Shown: in pieces, positions 9,278 to 18,693 of the stretch
Layout: every line of letters begins with the position of its first letter
Position numbering within the stretch: position 1 is the stretch's first letter
From: Gemmatimonadales bacterium
GTDB taxonomy: Bacteria; Gemmatimonadota; Gemmatimonadetes; Gemmatimonadales; GWC2-71-9
Assembly: GCA_038321865.1 (NCBI GenBank)
Contig: JBBQFH010000028.1
Coordinates: 1-47,579, forward strand
DNA length: 47,579 bases
Direction of reading: 5' to 3'
Program-made: the position numbers and the translations under genes
Notes under the pieces: model-generated
Seen by the model: the letters and a program-made list of their open reading frames with translations, nothing else
What the model was told of the DNA's origin: nothing
The model's database searches: none

Positions 9278-10069
9278 GTGTCTACTGCCCGGCTCGAGGA
9301 TGTCCGCGCCTACTGGGAAGCGAATCCGCTGGCCGCGAGCGCCGTCCCGCACCCGCCCGGAAGTCCGGAGTACTTCGACTATTACGACGCGCTCCGCGAG
9401 GCCAACGAGAGTGTCGAGTTCTCATATGCGCTGCACGAGTATCGAGACTTCCGCGGCAAGAAGGTCCTCGATGTCGGCTGCGGAAATGGCTATGTGCTGA
9501 GCCGGTTTGCCAGGGCAGGCGCAGAGGTCTACGGCGTCGACCTGACCGATACCGCAGTCGCGCTCTGCCGGAAGCGCTTCGAGTACGCCGGTCTTGTCGG
9601 GGACTTTCGACAGGGAAACGCGGAAGCCCTTCCGTTTCCCGATGACACGTTCGACTGCGTGACGTCGATGGGCGTCCTGCACCACACGCCGGCGACCGCG
9701 ACCGCGGTATCCGAGGTACGCCGCGTATTGAAGCGGAACGGCCGGCTGATCGTCATGTTCTATTATCGCGACTCGGCCCAGTATCGGGTCGGCTTTCCGC
9801 TGCTCCGGCTGTGGCAGGGGAAAAGCATGCAGCGCCTGGTCAACGAGGTGGATGGCAGCACCAATCCCCTCGGGGATGTCTATTCCAAGACGGAGCTTCG
9901 CCGGCTCCTCGCGGGGTTCACCGGCCTTGAACTGTCCGTCGGCCAGCTGGTCGGGACCATGATCATTCCGCGATTCGGCCGGTTGATTCCCCGGTTCGTC
10001 CTCAGGATGCTCGAAGGCCGCTGGGGATGGTTCCTGTATGCCAAGGGTTGGAAGCCGGCCACTGGATGA
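9278..10069 (+). CDS. Class I SAM-dependent methyltransferase
   Basis: Motifs VLDVGCGNG, GVDLT, NAEALPFPDDTFD and GVLHH. Confidence 0.92.
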   Translation: MSTARLEDVRAYWEANPLAASAVPHPPGSPEYFDYYDALREANESVEFSYALHEYRDFRGKKVLDVGCGNGYVLSRFARAGAEVYGVDLTDTAVALCRKRFEYAGLVGDFRQGNAEALPFPDDTFDCVTSMGVLHHTPATATAVSEVRRVLKRNGRLIVMFYYRDSAQYRVGFPLLRLWQGKSMQRLVNEVDGSTNPLGDVYSKTELRRLLAGFTGLELSVGQLVGTMIIPRFGRLIPRFVLRMLEGRWGWFLYAKGWKPATG

Positions 10070-11139
10070 AGGTGCTCTCCGTCGTCGGCGCCCGCCCCCA
10101 GTTCATCAAGGCCGCCCCGCTCAGTGCCGAGCTCCGCCAGCGGCACACCGAGATCCTCGTGCATACCGGCCAGCACTACGACCCGGGGATGTCGGCCGTC
10201 TTCTTCGACGAGCTCGGCATTCCGGCGCCCGACCATCATCTCGGCATCGGCGGCGGATCGCACGGCAGTCAGACGGGCGCGATGCTCGTGGCCCTCGAAC
10301 AGACGATCGTGGCCGAGAAGCCGGATCTCGTCCTCGTCTACGGCGACACCAACTCGACGCTCGCCGGTGCCCTTGCCGCGGCGAAGCTGCAGGTGCCGGT
10401 GGCGCATGTCGAGGCGGGTCTCAGAAGCTTCAACCGCGCCATGCCGGAGGAGCTGAACCGGGTGGTGGCGGATCACCTCGCGACCTGGCTCTTTCCGCCG
10501 TCCGAGCTGTCCCGGCGGCATCTGGCCGACGAGGGAGTGACCGGCGGGGTGCACGTGGTCGGCGACATCATGCTCGACGCGATTCTGCTCCACCGGGAGC
10601 GCGCCGCCGCCAAGGCCCGCTATCCCGGCGCCCTCGGCCTGGGACCGGGCGCCTACTATCTCTGCACCGTGCATCGCGCCGAAAACACCGACGACCCCGC
10701 CCGACTCGGCCGGATACTGGCGGCGCTGGAACGCCTCGATCGCCCGGTGGTGCTTCCGCTGCACCCTCGCACGCGGAAGCGGCTTGGCGAATTCGGCCTG
10801 GCGATCGGCGCGAACGTCCGCCTGCTCGATCCCGTCGGCTACCTCGACATGCTGGAGCTGGTGCGGCAGAGCGCCTGCGTCCTGACCGACTCGGGCGGCG
10901 TCCAGAAGGAGGCATACTACCTGGCCGTTCCGTGCGTCACGCTGCGCGAGGAAACCGAGTGGACCGAAACCGTGGACGCCGGCTGGAACATGCTCGCCGG
11001 CACTGATCCGGACGTCATCGTGGCCTCGGCCGAACGGCTCGCTGGGCACACCGGGCCGCGGCCGGACCTCTACGGCTCGGGCGACACGGCGAAACGAATC
11101 GTCGACGCCCTGGTGACCGCGCAGAAGGGCCGGCCATAG
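10066..11139 (+). CDS. wecB: Non-hydrolysing UDP-sugar 2-epimerase (WecB family, WbpI/WlbD-like)
   Basis: ATG 10066 overlaps the upstream stop (ATGA). Motifs GARPQFIK, HTGQHYD, YGDTNSTLAGALAA, HVEAGLRS and TDSGGVQKEA. Confidence 0.93.
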   Translation: MKVLSVVGARPQFIKAAPLSAELRQRHTEILVHTGQHYDPGMSAVFFDELGIPAPDHHLGIGGGSHGSQTGAMLVALEQTIVAEKPDLVLVYGDTNSTLAGALAAAKLQVPVAHVEAGLRSFNRAMPEELNRVVADHLATWLFPPSELSRRHLADEGVTGGVHVVGDIMLDAILLHRERAAAKARYPGALGLGPGAYYLCTVHRAENTDDPARLGRILAALERLDRPVVLPLHPRTRKRLGEFGLAIGANVRLLDPVGYLDMLELVRQSACVLTDSGGVQKEAYYLAVPCVTLREETEWTETVDAGWNMLAGTDPDVIVASAERLAGHTGPRPDLYGSGDTAKRIVDALVTAQKGRP

Positions 11140-11140
11140 G

Positions 11141-13060
11141 ATGTGCGGAATCGGCGGTGCCATCTCGCTGGGAGCCGAGCCGGTGCCGAGCCTTGGCGGC
11201 ACGCTCGCGGCGATGAACCGGATTCAGCGGCATCGCGGCCCCGACGGGGAAGGGGTGTGGCAGGACGCCGCCGGCCGGGTCGGGTTCGCCCACCTGCGCC
11301 TCAGCATCATCGACCTCGAGACCGGCGACCAGCCGATGGTGGACGAGGGCGGCAACGTCGTCATCTACAACGGGGAGATCTACAACTACATCGAGCTCCG
11401 CCAGGAGCTCGGCGTCGAGCATTTCCGCACCACGTCGGATACCGAAGTGATTCTGCACGCGTACCGCCGGTGGGGCGCCGACTGCGTAAACCATTTCCGG
11501 GGGATGTTCGCCTTTGCGCTGTGGGACGCGTCGCGACAGCTCCTCTTCTGCGCACGTGACCGATTCGGCATCAAGCCCTTCTACTACGCGCAGGCCGCCG
11601 GCTCGCTCTACTTCGCGTCCGAGGTCAAGACACTTCTGCCGTTCATCGGCCGGGTTGAGACCGACCTGCAGGGATTCAAGGACTACCTCGCCTTCCAGTT
11701 CTGCCTCGCGGGGAAGACGCTGTTCAGCGGCGTGCAGGAGCTGCTGCCCGGATATACGCTGACCGTCACTGGCGGCGGCCGGGTGGACGTTCACCGCTAC
11801 TGGGAGGTGTACTACCGCCTCGACTTCGATCACAAGGCGGCCTATTTCGAGGAGCGCCTGCGCGAGCTGGTCGAAGACTCGGTCCGCCTCCACCTGCGTG
11901 CCGACGTGCCCCTCGGCGCGTACGTGAGCGGCGGAGCGGACTCGGGGATCGTCGCTGCGCTCGCGGCCCGAAACGCGGGGAGTGACCTCATCGGCTTCAC
12001 CGGCAAGTACTCGCTGGGACCCGAGTTCGATGAGAGCCGCTACGCGCGTCTCCTGGCAAGCGACGAGGGATTTCCGCTCCACGAGCTCGAGATCACGTCG
12101 TCCGACTTCGTGGAGAACATCCGGAAGGTGATCTACCATCTTGACTACCCGACCGCGGGGCCGGGGTCGTTCTCGCAGTTCATGGTGTCCGGGCTGGCGA
12201 GCAAGCACCGGAAGGTGGTGCTGGGCGGGCAGGGCGGGGACGAGATCTTCGGCGGTTACACGCGGTACCTGATCGCGTACTTCGAGCAGTGCATCAAGTC
12301 GGCCATCGACGGCACCATGCACAACGGCAACTTCGTGGTGACGTACGAGTCGATCATTCCCAATCTCACGGCACTCCGGAACTACAAGCCGCTGCTGAAG
12401 GAGTTCTGGCGCGAGGGCCTCTTCGAGGAGATGGATCAGCGCTACTTCCGCCTGATCAACCGGGCGCCGCAGCTGGGGAACGAGATCGCCTGGGATGCAT
12501 TGGGGGATTACTCGCCGTTCGCGACCTTCCGCGAGATCTTCCATGGTGACAACGTGCGGAAGGAGTCGTACTTCGATCTCATGACCCACTTCGACTTCAA
12601 GACGCTGCTGCCGGCGCTGCTGCAGGTCGAGGACCGGGTGAGCATGGCGCACGGGCTCGAGTCGCGGGTGCCGCTCCTCGATCATCCGATCGTCGAGTTT
12701 GCCGCCACCATTCCGTCGGACGTGAAGTTCACCAACGGCACCATGAAGCACGTGTTCAAGAACGCCCTCGGCCCGGTCCTGCCGCCCGCCATTCTCGAGC
12801 GGACCGACAAGATGGGGTTCCCCACGCCGGTCAACAAATGGGTCCGCGGCGAGGCCCGCGATTTTGTCCGCGACACCCTCTCCACCTCAGCGGCGCGCTC
12901 GCGCGACCTGGTGGACAATCGGCAGGTCCTGGCCAAGCTCGACCGCGAGCCGAAGTTCGGCCGCAACATCTGGGGGCTCCTCTGCCTGGAGATCTGGCAG
13001 CAGGAGTTCCACGATCAGGCCGCCGCCCAGCGTCGCGCCGCCCAGGGTGTTCCCGCCTAA
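11141..13060 (+). CDS. asnB: AsnB-family glutamine-dependent amidotransferase, copy 2
   Basis: Motifs MCGIGG, HRGPDG, HLRLSIID, NGEIYNY, RDRFGIKP, SGGADS, GQGGDE, ESRVPLLD and KMGFPTP. Confidence 0.95.
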   Translation: MCGIGGAISLGAEPVPSLGGTLAAMNRIQRHRGPDGEGVWQDAAGRVGFAHLRLSIIDLETGDQPMVDEGGNVVIYNGEIYNYIELRQELGVEHFRTTSDTEVILHAYRRWGADCVNHFRGMFAFALWDASRQLLFCARDRFGIKPFYYAQAAGSLYFASEVKTLLPFIGRVETDLQGFKDYLAFQFCLAGKTLFSGVQELLPGYTLTVTGGGRVDVHRYWEVYYRLDFDHKAAYFEERLRELVEDSVRLHLRADVPLGAYVSGGADSGIVAALAARNAGSDLIGFTGKYSLGPEFDESRYARLLASDEGFPLHELEITSSDFVENIRKVIYHLDYPTAGPGSFSQFMVSGLASKHRKVVLGGQGGDEIFGGYTRYLIAYFEQCIKSAIDGTMHNGNFVVTYESIIPNLTALRNYKPLLKEFWREGLFEEMDQRYFRLINRAPQLGNEIAWDALGDYSPFATFREIFHGDNVRKESYFDLMTHFDFKTLLPALLQVEDRVSMAHGLESRVPLLDHPIVEFAATIPSDVKFTNGTMKHVFKNALGPVLPPAILERTDKMGFPTPVNKWVRGEARDFVRDTLSTSAARSRDLVDNRQVLAKLDREPKFGRNIWGLLCLEIWQQEFHDQAAAQRRAAQGVPA

Positions 13061-13080
13061 GTCCGCGCCCAACAAGACGA

Positions 13081-13109
13081 TGGACTTGAGGGTGCCGGCC
13101 ATCTATTTT
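13081..13109 (+). promoter_or_regulatory. Putative internal sigma70 promoter upstream of the SDR pair
   Basis: TGGACT-N17-TATTTT in the intergenic gap, followed by the SD sequence AAGGAG before ATG 13153. Confidence 0.5.
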
Positions 13110-13152
13110 TGACGGTTGGGCTCGCCCAGGCCATCATCCCAAGGAGCAGTGC

Positions 13153-14091
13153 ATGAAAGTCCTCATCACCGGCGGCGCCGGATTCATCGGGTCCCACCTG
13201 ACCGACCGGCTGCTCGACCGGGGCGACGAGGTCCTCGTGATCGACAACTACGCCACCGGCCGCCGGGACAACCTGGCGCCGCGGAAGGGCCTGACGATCG
13301 TCGAGGGGAGCATCGCCGAGGAGGATCTCGTGCGGGGGGCCTTCGAGCAGCTGGGGCCCGACCTGGTGGTGCACGCCGCCGCATCGTACAAGGATCCGAG
13401 CAACTGGGTCGAGGACGTCCGCACCAACGTGCTGGGCACCGCGCATGTCGCGCGGGCGTCCGCCGACCTCAAGGTCAAGCGTCTCATCTATTTCCAGACG
13501 GCACTCTGCTACGGGCTCCATCCGCTGGAGCAGCCGATCACGCTCTCGCACCCGATCCGGAGCGACGGGAGCAGCTACGCGATCAGCAAGACGGCGGCGG
13601 AACAGTACGTGGCGCTCAGCGGCGTCGAGTTCCTCTCGTTCCGGCTCGCCAACGCCTACGGCCCGCGGAACCTCAGCGGCCCGCTCCCGACGTTCTACCA
13701 GCGCCTCAGCGAAGGGAAGAAGTGCTTCGTCATGAACACGCGGCGGGACTTCGTGTTCGTGGACGACCTGGTCGCCTGCGTCATGCGCGCCGTGGACGGC
13801 GCCGGGGCGCCCGGCTATTACCACATTTCGTCCGGCAGCGACTTCGCGATCAAGGAACTGTTCGACGAGACGGTGAAGGCGATGGCGATCAGCCTGCCCG
13901 AGCCGGTCGAGGTGCGTGAGCGCGGGGCCGACGACGTCTTCTCGATTCTGCTCGACCCCTCGAAGACGAACAAGACCTTCGGGTGGCAGACCACCACGGG
14001 GCTGTCGGAAGGCGTCGCCCGGGCAATCAGCTACTACCGTGATTCCGGAATCAGCGAGACATACACGCACCTCAAGATCGCGGCGGACTGA
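13153..14091 (+). CDS. Extended SDR, NAD-dependent epimerase/dehydratase, Bordetella WbmH/WbmG-like
   Basis: GGAGFIG and YAISK catalytic motif. Distinctive AASYKDP, YFQTALCYG, GPLPTFYQRLSEGKKCF and SILLDPS segments that I recall from WbmG/WbmH. Confidence 0.88.
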   Translation: MKVLITGGAGFIGSHLTDRLLDRGDEVLVIDNYATGRRDNLAPRKGLTIVEGSIAEEDLVRGAFEQLGPDLVVHAAASYKDPSNWVEDVRTNVLGTAHVARASADLKVKRLIYFQTALCYGLHPLEQPITLSHPIRSDGSSYAISKTAAEQYVALSGVEFLSFRLANAYGPRNLSGPLPTFYQRLSEGKKCFVMNTRRDFVFVDDLVACVMRAVDGAGAPGYYHISSGSDFAIKELFDETVKAMAISLPEPVEVRERGADDVFSILLDPSKTNKTFGWQTTTGLSEGVARAISYYRDSGISETYTHLKIAAD

Positions 14092-14094
14092 CCG

Positions 14095-15147
14095 ATGGCG
14101 GAGTGGCGGGGCGCCGCCGTCCTGGTCACGGGCGGGGCAGGTTTCGTGGGCGGCAACCTGGTGCGGCGCCTGCTGGCCGAGGATGCCGCGCGCGTGCGTG
14201 TGGTGGACAACCTCCTCTCGGCGGAGCGGTGGAACGTACCGGCTGACCCGCGGGTGACGTTCACGGAGGGCTCGATCGCCGATCCGGCGCTGCTTGCGGG
14301 GCTGGCGGATGAGTACGACTACGTCTTTCACCTGAGCACGTACCACGGCAATCAGAGCTCGATGCACGACCCGCTGGCCGACCACGACAACAATCTGCTG
14401 ACCACCCTCCGGCTCTTCGAGCGGATCAAGGGGTTTACCCGGCTGAAGAAGGTGGTGTATTCCGGGGCCGGCTGCGCCGTGGCGGAGAAGACCTACGACG
14501 AGGCCGACGCGACGATGGAGGATGCGCCGATCTCGCTTCAGATGGACAGCCCCTACTCGATTTCCAAGATCGTCGGTGAGTTTTACGCCGTCTACTACTT
14601 CAACCGGCACCACCTGCCGGTGGTACGTGCCCGTTTCCAGAACGTCTTCGGTCCCGGCGAGATCCTCGGCGCGGGGCGCTGGCGCGGCACGCCGGCGACG
14701 GTCTGGCGCAACGTGACACCGACGTTCGTCTGGAAGGCGCTGCGCGGCGAATCACTGCCGCTCGAGGGTGGCGGCGCCGCCTCCCGCGATTTCATCTACG
14801 TGGACGACATCGTGACCGGCCTCATCGCCTGCGCCCTCCGCGGCGCACCGGGCGACGTCTACAATCTGGCGAGCGGCGTCGAGACGTCCATTCTCGACCT
14901 GGCCGCCCAGATCAACGTGGCTACGGGCAACGCGGCTCCGCTCGACGTCAGGCCGCGGCGCGACTGGGACCATTCCGGCCGACGCTTCGGAAGCCCCGCG
15001 AAGGCACGCCGGGAGCTGGGCTTCGAGGCAGTCGTGCCGCTCGCCGACGGGCTCGCCCGGACTGTGGCATGGACGCGGGAGCACGAGGCGCCGATCCGGG
15101 CCTGCATGGAGAAGCACGCCGCCCACATGCGCGCCGCCGGCATCTGA
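14095..15147 (+). CDS. Extended SDR, Bordetella WbmF-like putative nucleotide-sugar 3,5-epimerase
   Basis: GGAGFVG, TYHGNQSS.HDPLADH, YSGAGC, SPYSISK, RARFQNVFGPGEILGAGRWRGTPATVWRNVTPTF and FGSP.KARRELGF closely match WbmF as recalled. Confidence 0.88.
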   Translation: MAEWRGAAVLVTGGAGFVGGNLVRRLLAEDAARVRVVDNLLSAERWNVPADPRVTFTEGSIADPALLAGLADEYDYVFHLSTYHGNQSSMHDPLADHDNNLLTTLRLFERIKGFTRLKKVVYSGAGCAVAEKTYDEADATMEDAPISLQMDSPYSISKIVGEFYAVYYFNRHHLPVVRARFQNVFGPGEILGAGRWRGTPATVWRNVTPTFVWKALRGESLPLEGGGAASRDFIYVDDIVTGLIACALRGAPGDVYNLASGVETSILDLAAQINVATGNAAPLDVRPRRDWDHSGRRFGSPAKARRELGFEAVVPLADGLARTVAWTREHEAPIRACMEKHAAHMRAAGI

Positions 15148-15161
15148 GTCGGCTGACCGCC

Positions 15162-16337
15162 ATGGCCCGCACGCGGACACTGGTGCTGGAGGCCAACGGG
15201 TGGACCCGGAAGGCGATCGCCGCGGATACGATTCTCCGCGGCGTGTTCGGCCTAACCGATCGCGCGATACCGGCACGCTGGCGGCAGCATCCCGTCGCCC
15301 GGAAGCTGCTGGGCCAGCGGTACGCTGCGATGTCGTACGTCAACGACTGGCGGGACGCGGTACTCGCCTCACCCCGCCTCGACGTCGAGCTGCTCAACAT
15401 CAACAACCTGGTCGACTACCGGCGCGCCAGGCGCAAGCTCCGCGAATATCCGCTCGTCATCGTCCTGCACTCGGCCGCCGGGGACAGCATGGAGCTGCTG
15501 CGCCGGACGGTGGACTGGTTCACCGGGCGGCAGGGGGCGCTGGCGGTCTTCATCGGCAACGAGTATGACCTGCTCACCCAGAAGATCGGCTTCTGCCGTG
15601 ACGCCGGGGCGGAGTTCATCTGTTCCCAGCTCCCGATCGAGTCGGCCCGGTGGCTGTACGCCGATGCGGCCCGGAGCACCGTGCTGGCGATGCCGCACGC
15701 GCTCAATCCCGACCTCTACCGGCCGATCGAGGGTGTCCGGCATCGCGTTGATGTGGGCTTCATCGGCGACCGCTACGGCAGTTTCATCGGGGACATCGAG
15801 CGCACCCGGCTGATCGACGCCTTCCGCGATCATGGGGCCGAGCTGGGGGTGACGACCGACATCCGCGGCGGACGGGTGCCGGCGCCTGAGTGGGTGCACT
15901 TTCTCAATCAGTCGCGTGCCATCTGCGGCGGGGAATCGGGTACCTACTACCTCGACCGGTCGGGCACGCTGATCCCCGAAGTGCTGGCCTACGAGCGCGC
16001 TCATCCTGACGCCCCCTTCGACGACATCTGGCAGCGCTTCTTCGCCGGACGAGCGATCGAGCACTCCGGCAAGGCGATATCGTCGCGGCACTTCGAGCCG
16101 ATCGGGACGAGGACCTGCCAGATTCTGCTCGAGGGCGACTACAACGGCATCCTCCGCGCCGGCGAGCACTACATCCCGGTGCGCAAGGATCTGAGCGACC
16201 TGCCAGCGGCGGTGGAGCGCTTCCGCGACGTGGCATATCGGAAGGCGATGGTCGAGCGAACGCGCGAGTATGCGTTGGAAGCGCATACCTATGCCCACCG
16301 CATCGCGGCGCTGCTGCGATCGGCCGGGGTGTCCTGA
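15162..16337 (+). CDS. Putative glycosyltransferase (CgeB / Glyco_trans_1_2-like)
   Basis: ATG 15162 follows the SDR stop. C-terminal 'ISSRHFE...GEHYIP...HTYAHRI' pattern is typical of this family, plus 'DVGFIG'. Confidence 0.7.
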   Translation: MARTRTLVLEANGWTRKAIAADTILRGVFGLTDRAIPARWRQHPVARKLLGQRYAAMSYVNDWRDAVLASPRLDVELLNINNLVDYRRARRKLREYPLVIVLHSAAGDSMELLRRTVDWFTGRQGALAVFIGNEYDLLTQKIGFCRDAGAEFICSQLPIESARWLYADAARSTVLAMPHALNPDLYRPIEGVRHRVDVGFIGDRYGSFIGDIERTRLIDAFRDHGAELGVTTDIRGGRVPAPEWVHFLNQSRAICGGESGTYYLDRSGTLIPEVLAYERAHPDAPFDDIWQRFFAGRAIEHSGKAISSRHFEPIGTRTCQILLEGDYNGILRAGEHYIPVRKDLSDLPAAVERFRDVAYRKAMVERTREYALEAHTYAHRIAALLRSAGVS

Positions 16338-16378
16338 CGTGGCGGCGGCGCGGGGCCGCGGCGATATTGGAGAAGCGC

Positions 16379-16452
16379 GGGCCCTTAGCTCAGACGGTTA
16401 GAGCAGCGGACTCATAATCCGTAGGTCCTGGGTTCGAATCCCAGAGGGCCCA
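16379..16452 (+). tRNA. tRNA-Ile2 (anticodon CAT, lysidine-modified); 3' CCA not encoded
   Basis: Acceptor stem GGGCCCT/AGGGCCC+A, D arm TAGCTCAG..GGTTAGAGC, anticodon arm GCGGA-CTCATAA-TCCGT, T loop GGTTCGAATCC. The acceptor stem resembles Ile2 rather than Met or fMet. Confidence 0.9.
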
Positions 16453-16625
16453 CTGAGCCAGTGACCGTGACGTACTTCGACTCGATACCCGGAGGCTTCG
16501 TTCAGCCGGCGGCGAAATCGTTCCGGCCGAGGCCAACGCGTCCCACACGAAGGTAAGCTGGACGTAGGACCCGCTGATCCGCAGGTTCCTCCCGGCGGAA
16601 GCTTCCCATGGGCGAGACGGGTGCG

Positions 16626-18260
16626 CTACGCCTTGAGCCGGCGGTATCGCTGAATCAAGGCATTGGTGGAGCTGTCCGCATGAGCTGGTTCGGGCGCGGC
16701 CCGGTCCAGCTCCGGAATGATGCGCTGGGCCAATGCCTTTCCGAGTTCCACCCCCCACTGATCGAACGAGTCCACGCCCCAGATCACGCCCTGCGTGAAG
16801 ACGCTGTGTTCGTACAGGGCCACGAGCCTCCCGAGCACCGCCGGCGTGAGCTGGTCCGCGAGCAGCACGTTGGTCGGCCGGTTGCCGTCGAACGTACGGT
16901 GGGGCACCAGCCAGTCCGGCGTACCCTCCGCCTGCACTTCCTCTGCCGTCTTGCCGAACGCCAGCGCCTCGGCCTGCGCAAACACGTTCGACATCAGCAG
17001 GTCATGGTGAGTGCCGAGGGGGTTGAGCGAGCGGCAAAACGCGATGAGGTCGCACGGGATCAGGTGCGTGCCCTGGTGGATCAGCTGGTAGAACGAGTGC
17101 TGCCCATTGGTGCCGGGCTCGCCCCAGTAGACGGGGCTCGTCGCGTAGCTGGTGGTGCGGCCATCCAGGGTGACGTGCTTGCCGTTGCTCTCCATCGCGA
17201 GTTGCTGGAGATAGGCCGGGAAGCGTTTCAGGTATTGATCGTACGGCAGCACCGCCACGGTGCCGGCCCCGAAGAAGTTGGCGTACCAGAGGGCCAGCAG
17301 TCCCATGAGCACCGGGAGGTTCCGGGCGAACGGGGCCGTGCGGAAGTGTTCATCCATTTCGTGGAACCCCGCCAGCATGGCGCGGAAGGCATCGGCGCCT
17401 ATGGCGATCATGGTGGACAGCCCGATCGCCGAATCCATGGAGTATCGCCCGCCGACCCAGTCCCAGAATTCGAACATGTTGGCGGTGTCGATGCCGAACT
17501 GGCGTACCGCTTCGGCGTTGGTGGATACGGCGACGAAGTGCCGCGCCACGGCGGTCTCGTCACCGAGGGCGGCGAGCGCCCAAGCGCGCGCGGTGCGCGC
17601 GTTGGTGAGCGTCTCCAGTGTGGTGAACGTCTTGGAGCACACGATGAACAGCGTCTCCGCCGGATCGAGATCCCGGGTGGACTCAGCGAAATCCGTCCCG
17701 TCCACGTTGGATACGAAGCGAAAGGTGAGCTCGCGCTCACTGTAGGAGCGGAGCGCTTCGTACGCCATCACCGGTCCGAGGTCGGAGCCCCCGATGCCGA
17801 TGTTCACGACGTTCCGGATCCGCCGACCGGTATGGCCGAGCCACCGGCCCGCGCGCACCGAATCGGCAAAGGCCGCCATACGGTCCAGAACCGCATGAAC
17901 GCCGGGGACGACGTCCACGGCGTCGACCATGATCGACGTCCCTCGAGGCGCCCGCAGTGCGACGTGCAGCACCGGGCGCCGCTCCGTGACGTTGATGCGC
18001 TCACCCGCGAACATGGCATCGATGCGGGCACGCAGCTCCGACTGCTCCGCCAGCTCGAGCAGAAGGGCGAGGGTCTCGTCCGTCACCCGGTTCTTGGAAT
18101 AATCGAGGTAGAGACCAGCCGCCTCGAGCGTGAGGCGCTCGCCCCGCGAGGGATCGCTGGCAAACAGCGTGCGGAGGTGGACGTCGCGGAGGGCGGCAGA
18201 GTGTTTGCCGAGGGCCACCCACGCCGGGTGAGTTGTGAGTGGCGGTGTGCCGGTGGTCAT
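16626..18260 (-). CDS. pgi: Glucose-6-phosphate isomerase
   Basis: Motifs [55 protein letters not shown] and [10 protein letters not shown]. Likely start ATG 18260 (MTTGTPP). Confidence 0.97.
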   Translation of the reverse strand: MTTGTPPLTTHPAWVALGKHSAALRDVHLRTLFASDPSRGERLTLEAAGLYLDYSKNRVTDETLALLLELAEQSELRARIDAMFAGERINVTERRPVLHVALRAPRGTSIMVDAVDVVPGVHAVLDRMAAFADSVRAGRWLGHTGRRIRNVVNIGIGGSDLGPVMAYEALRSYSERELTFRFVSNVDGTDFAESTRDLDPAETLFIVCSKTFTTLETLTNARTARAWALAALGDETAVARHFVAVSTNAEAVRQFGIDTANMFEFWDWVGGRYSMDSAIGLSTMIAIGADAFRAMLAGFHEMDEHFRTAPFARNLPVLMGLLALWYANFFGAGTVAVLPYDQYLKRFPAYLQQLAMESNGKHVTLDGRTTSYATSPVYWGEPGTNGQHSFYQLIHQGTHLIPCDLIAFCRSLNPLGTHHDLLMSNVFAQAEALAFGKTAEEVQAEGTPDWLVPHRTFDGNRPTNVLLADQLTPAVLGRLVALYEHSVFTQGVIWGVDSFDQWGVELGKALAQRIIPELDRAAPEPAHADSSTNALIQRYRRLKA

Positions 18261-18318
18261 GATGCAGCCGCTCCAGATTGATCGAGGCTCGATGGCCGTC
18301 GCGCCGGGCCGGGTGCCG

Positions 18319-18693
18319 TCAGGGGGCCGTCGTCGCCACCAGTTTTCGAACGGTCGCCAGCAGGAGGTCGGCGTGGAACGGCTTGGAGAGAAACGGGATT
18401 TCCGGTGGCGCGCCTTCCGGCGGTGCATACCCCGAGATGAGCAGGATTGGAATCGCAGGGCGTTCAGCGCGGACGATACGCGCAAGCTCGGTCCCGCTCA
18501 TCGCCTGCATCCGGACGTCGGTGACGACCAGGTCCACCGGGAATTCGCGCACCAGCTGCAGCGCCTCCGAGCCGGAACCGGCCTCGAACACGCGGTAGCC
18601 ATCCTCTCGCAGCGTGCGCGCCACGACCTGGCGGACCGGTGCCATGTCATCGACGACCAGGATGGTTGGGCGGATGCCGGGGGAATCACTCAT
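18319..18693 (-). CDS. Single-domain response regulator (receiver only)
   Basis: ILVVDD, VTDVRM (phospho-Asp), LISGY and FLSKPF motifs; 124 aa. Confidence 0.9.
   Translation of the reverse strand: MSDSPGIRPTILVVDDMAPVRQVVARTLREDGYRVFEAGSGSEALQLVREFPVDLVVTDVRMQAMSGTELARIVRAERPAIPILLISGYAPPEGAPPEIPFLSKPFHADLLLATVRKLVATTAP

Noticed and set aside
3118..15147. AsnB plus methyltransferase as a lasso-peptide or other RiPP cluster
   Set aside because: There is no precursor peptide, B-protein peptidase or RRE. Both AsnB copies keep intact glutaminase domains and sit among sugar genes.
16453..16625. Possible att site, sRNA or mobile-element remnant after tRNA-Ile
   Set aside because: I found no duplicated tRNA 3' end, terminal repeats or convincing ORF or structure by eye.
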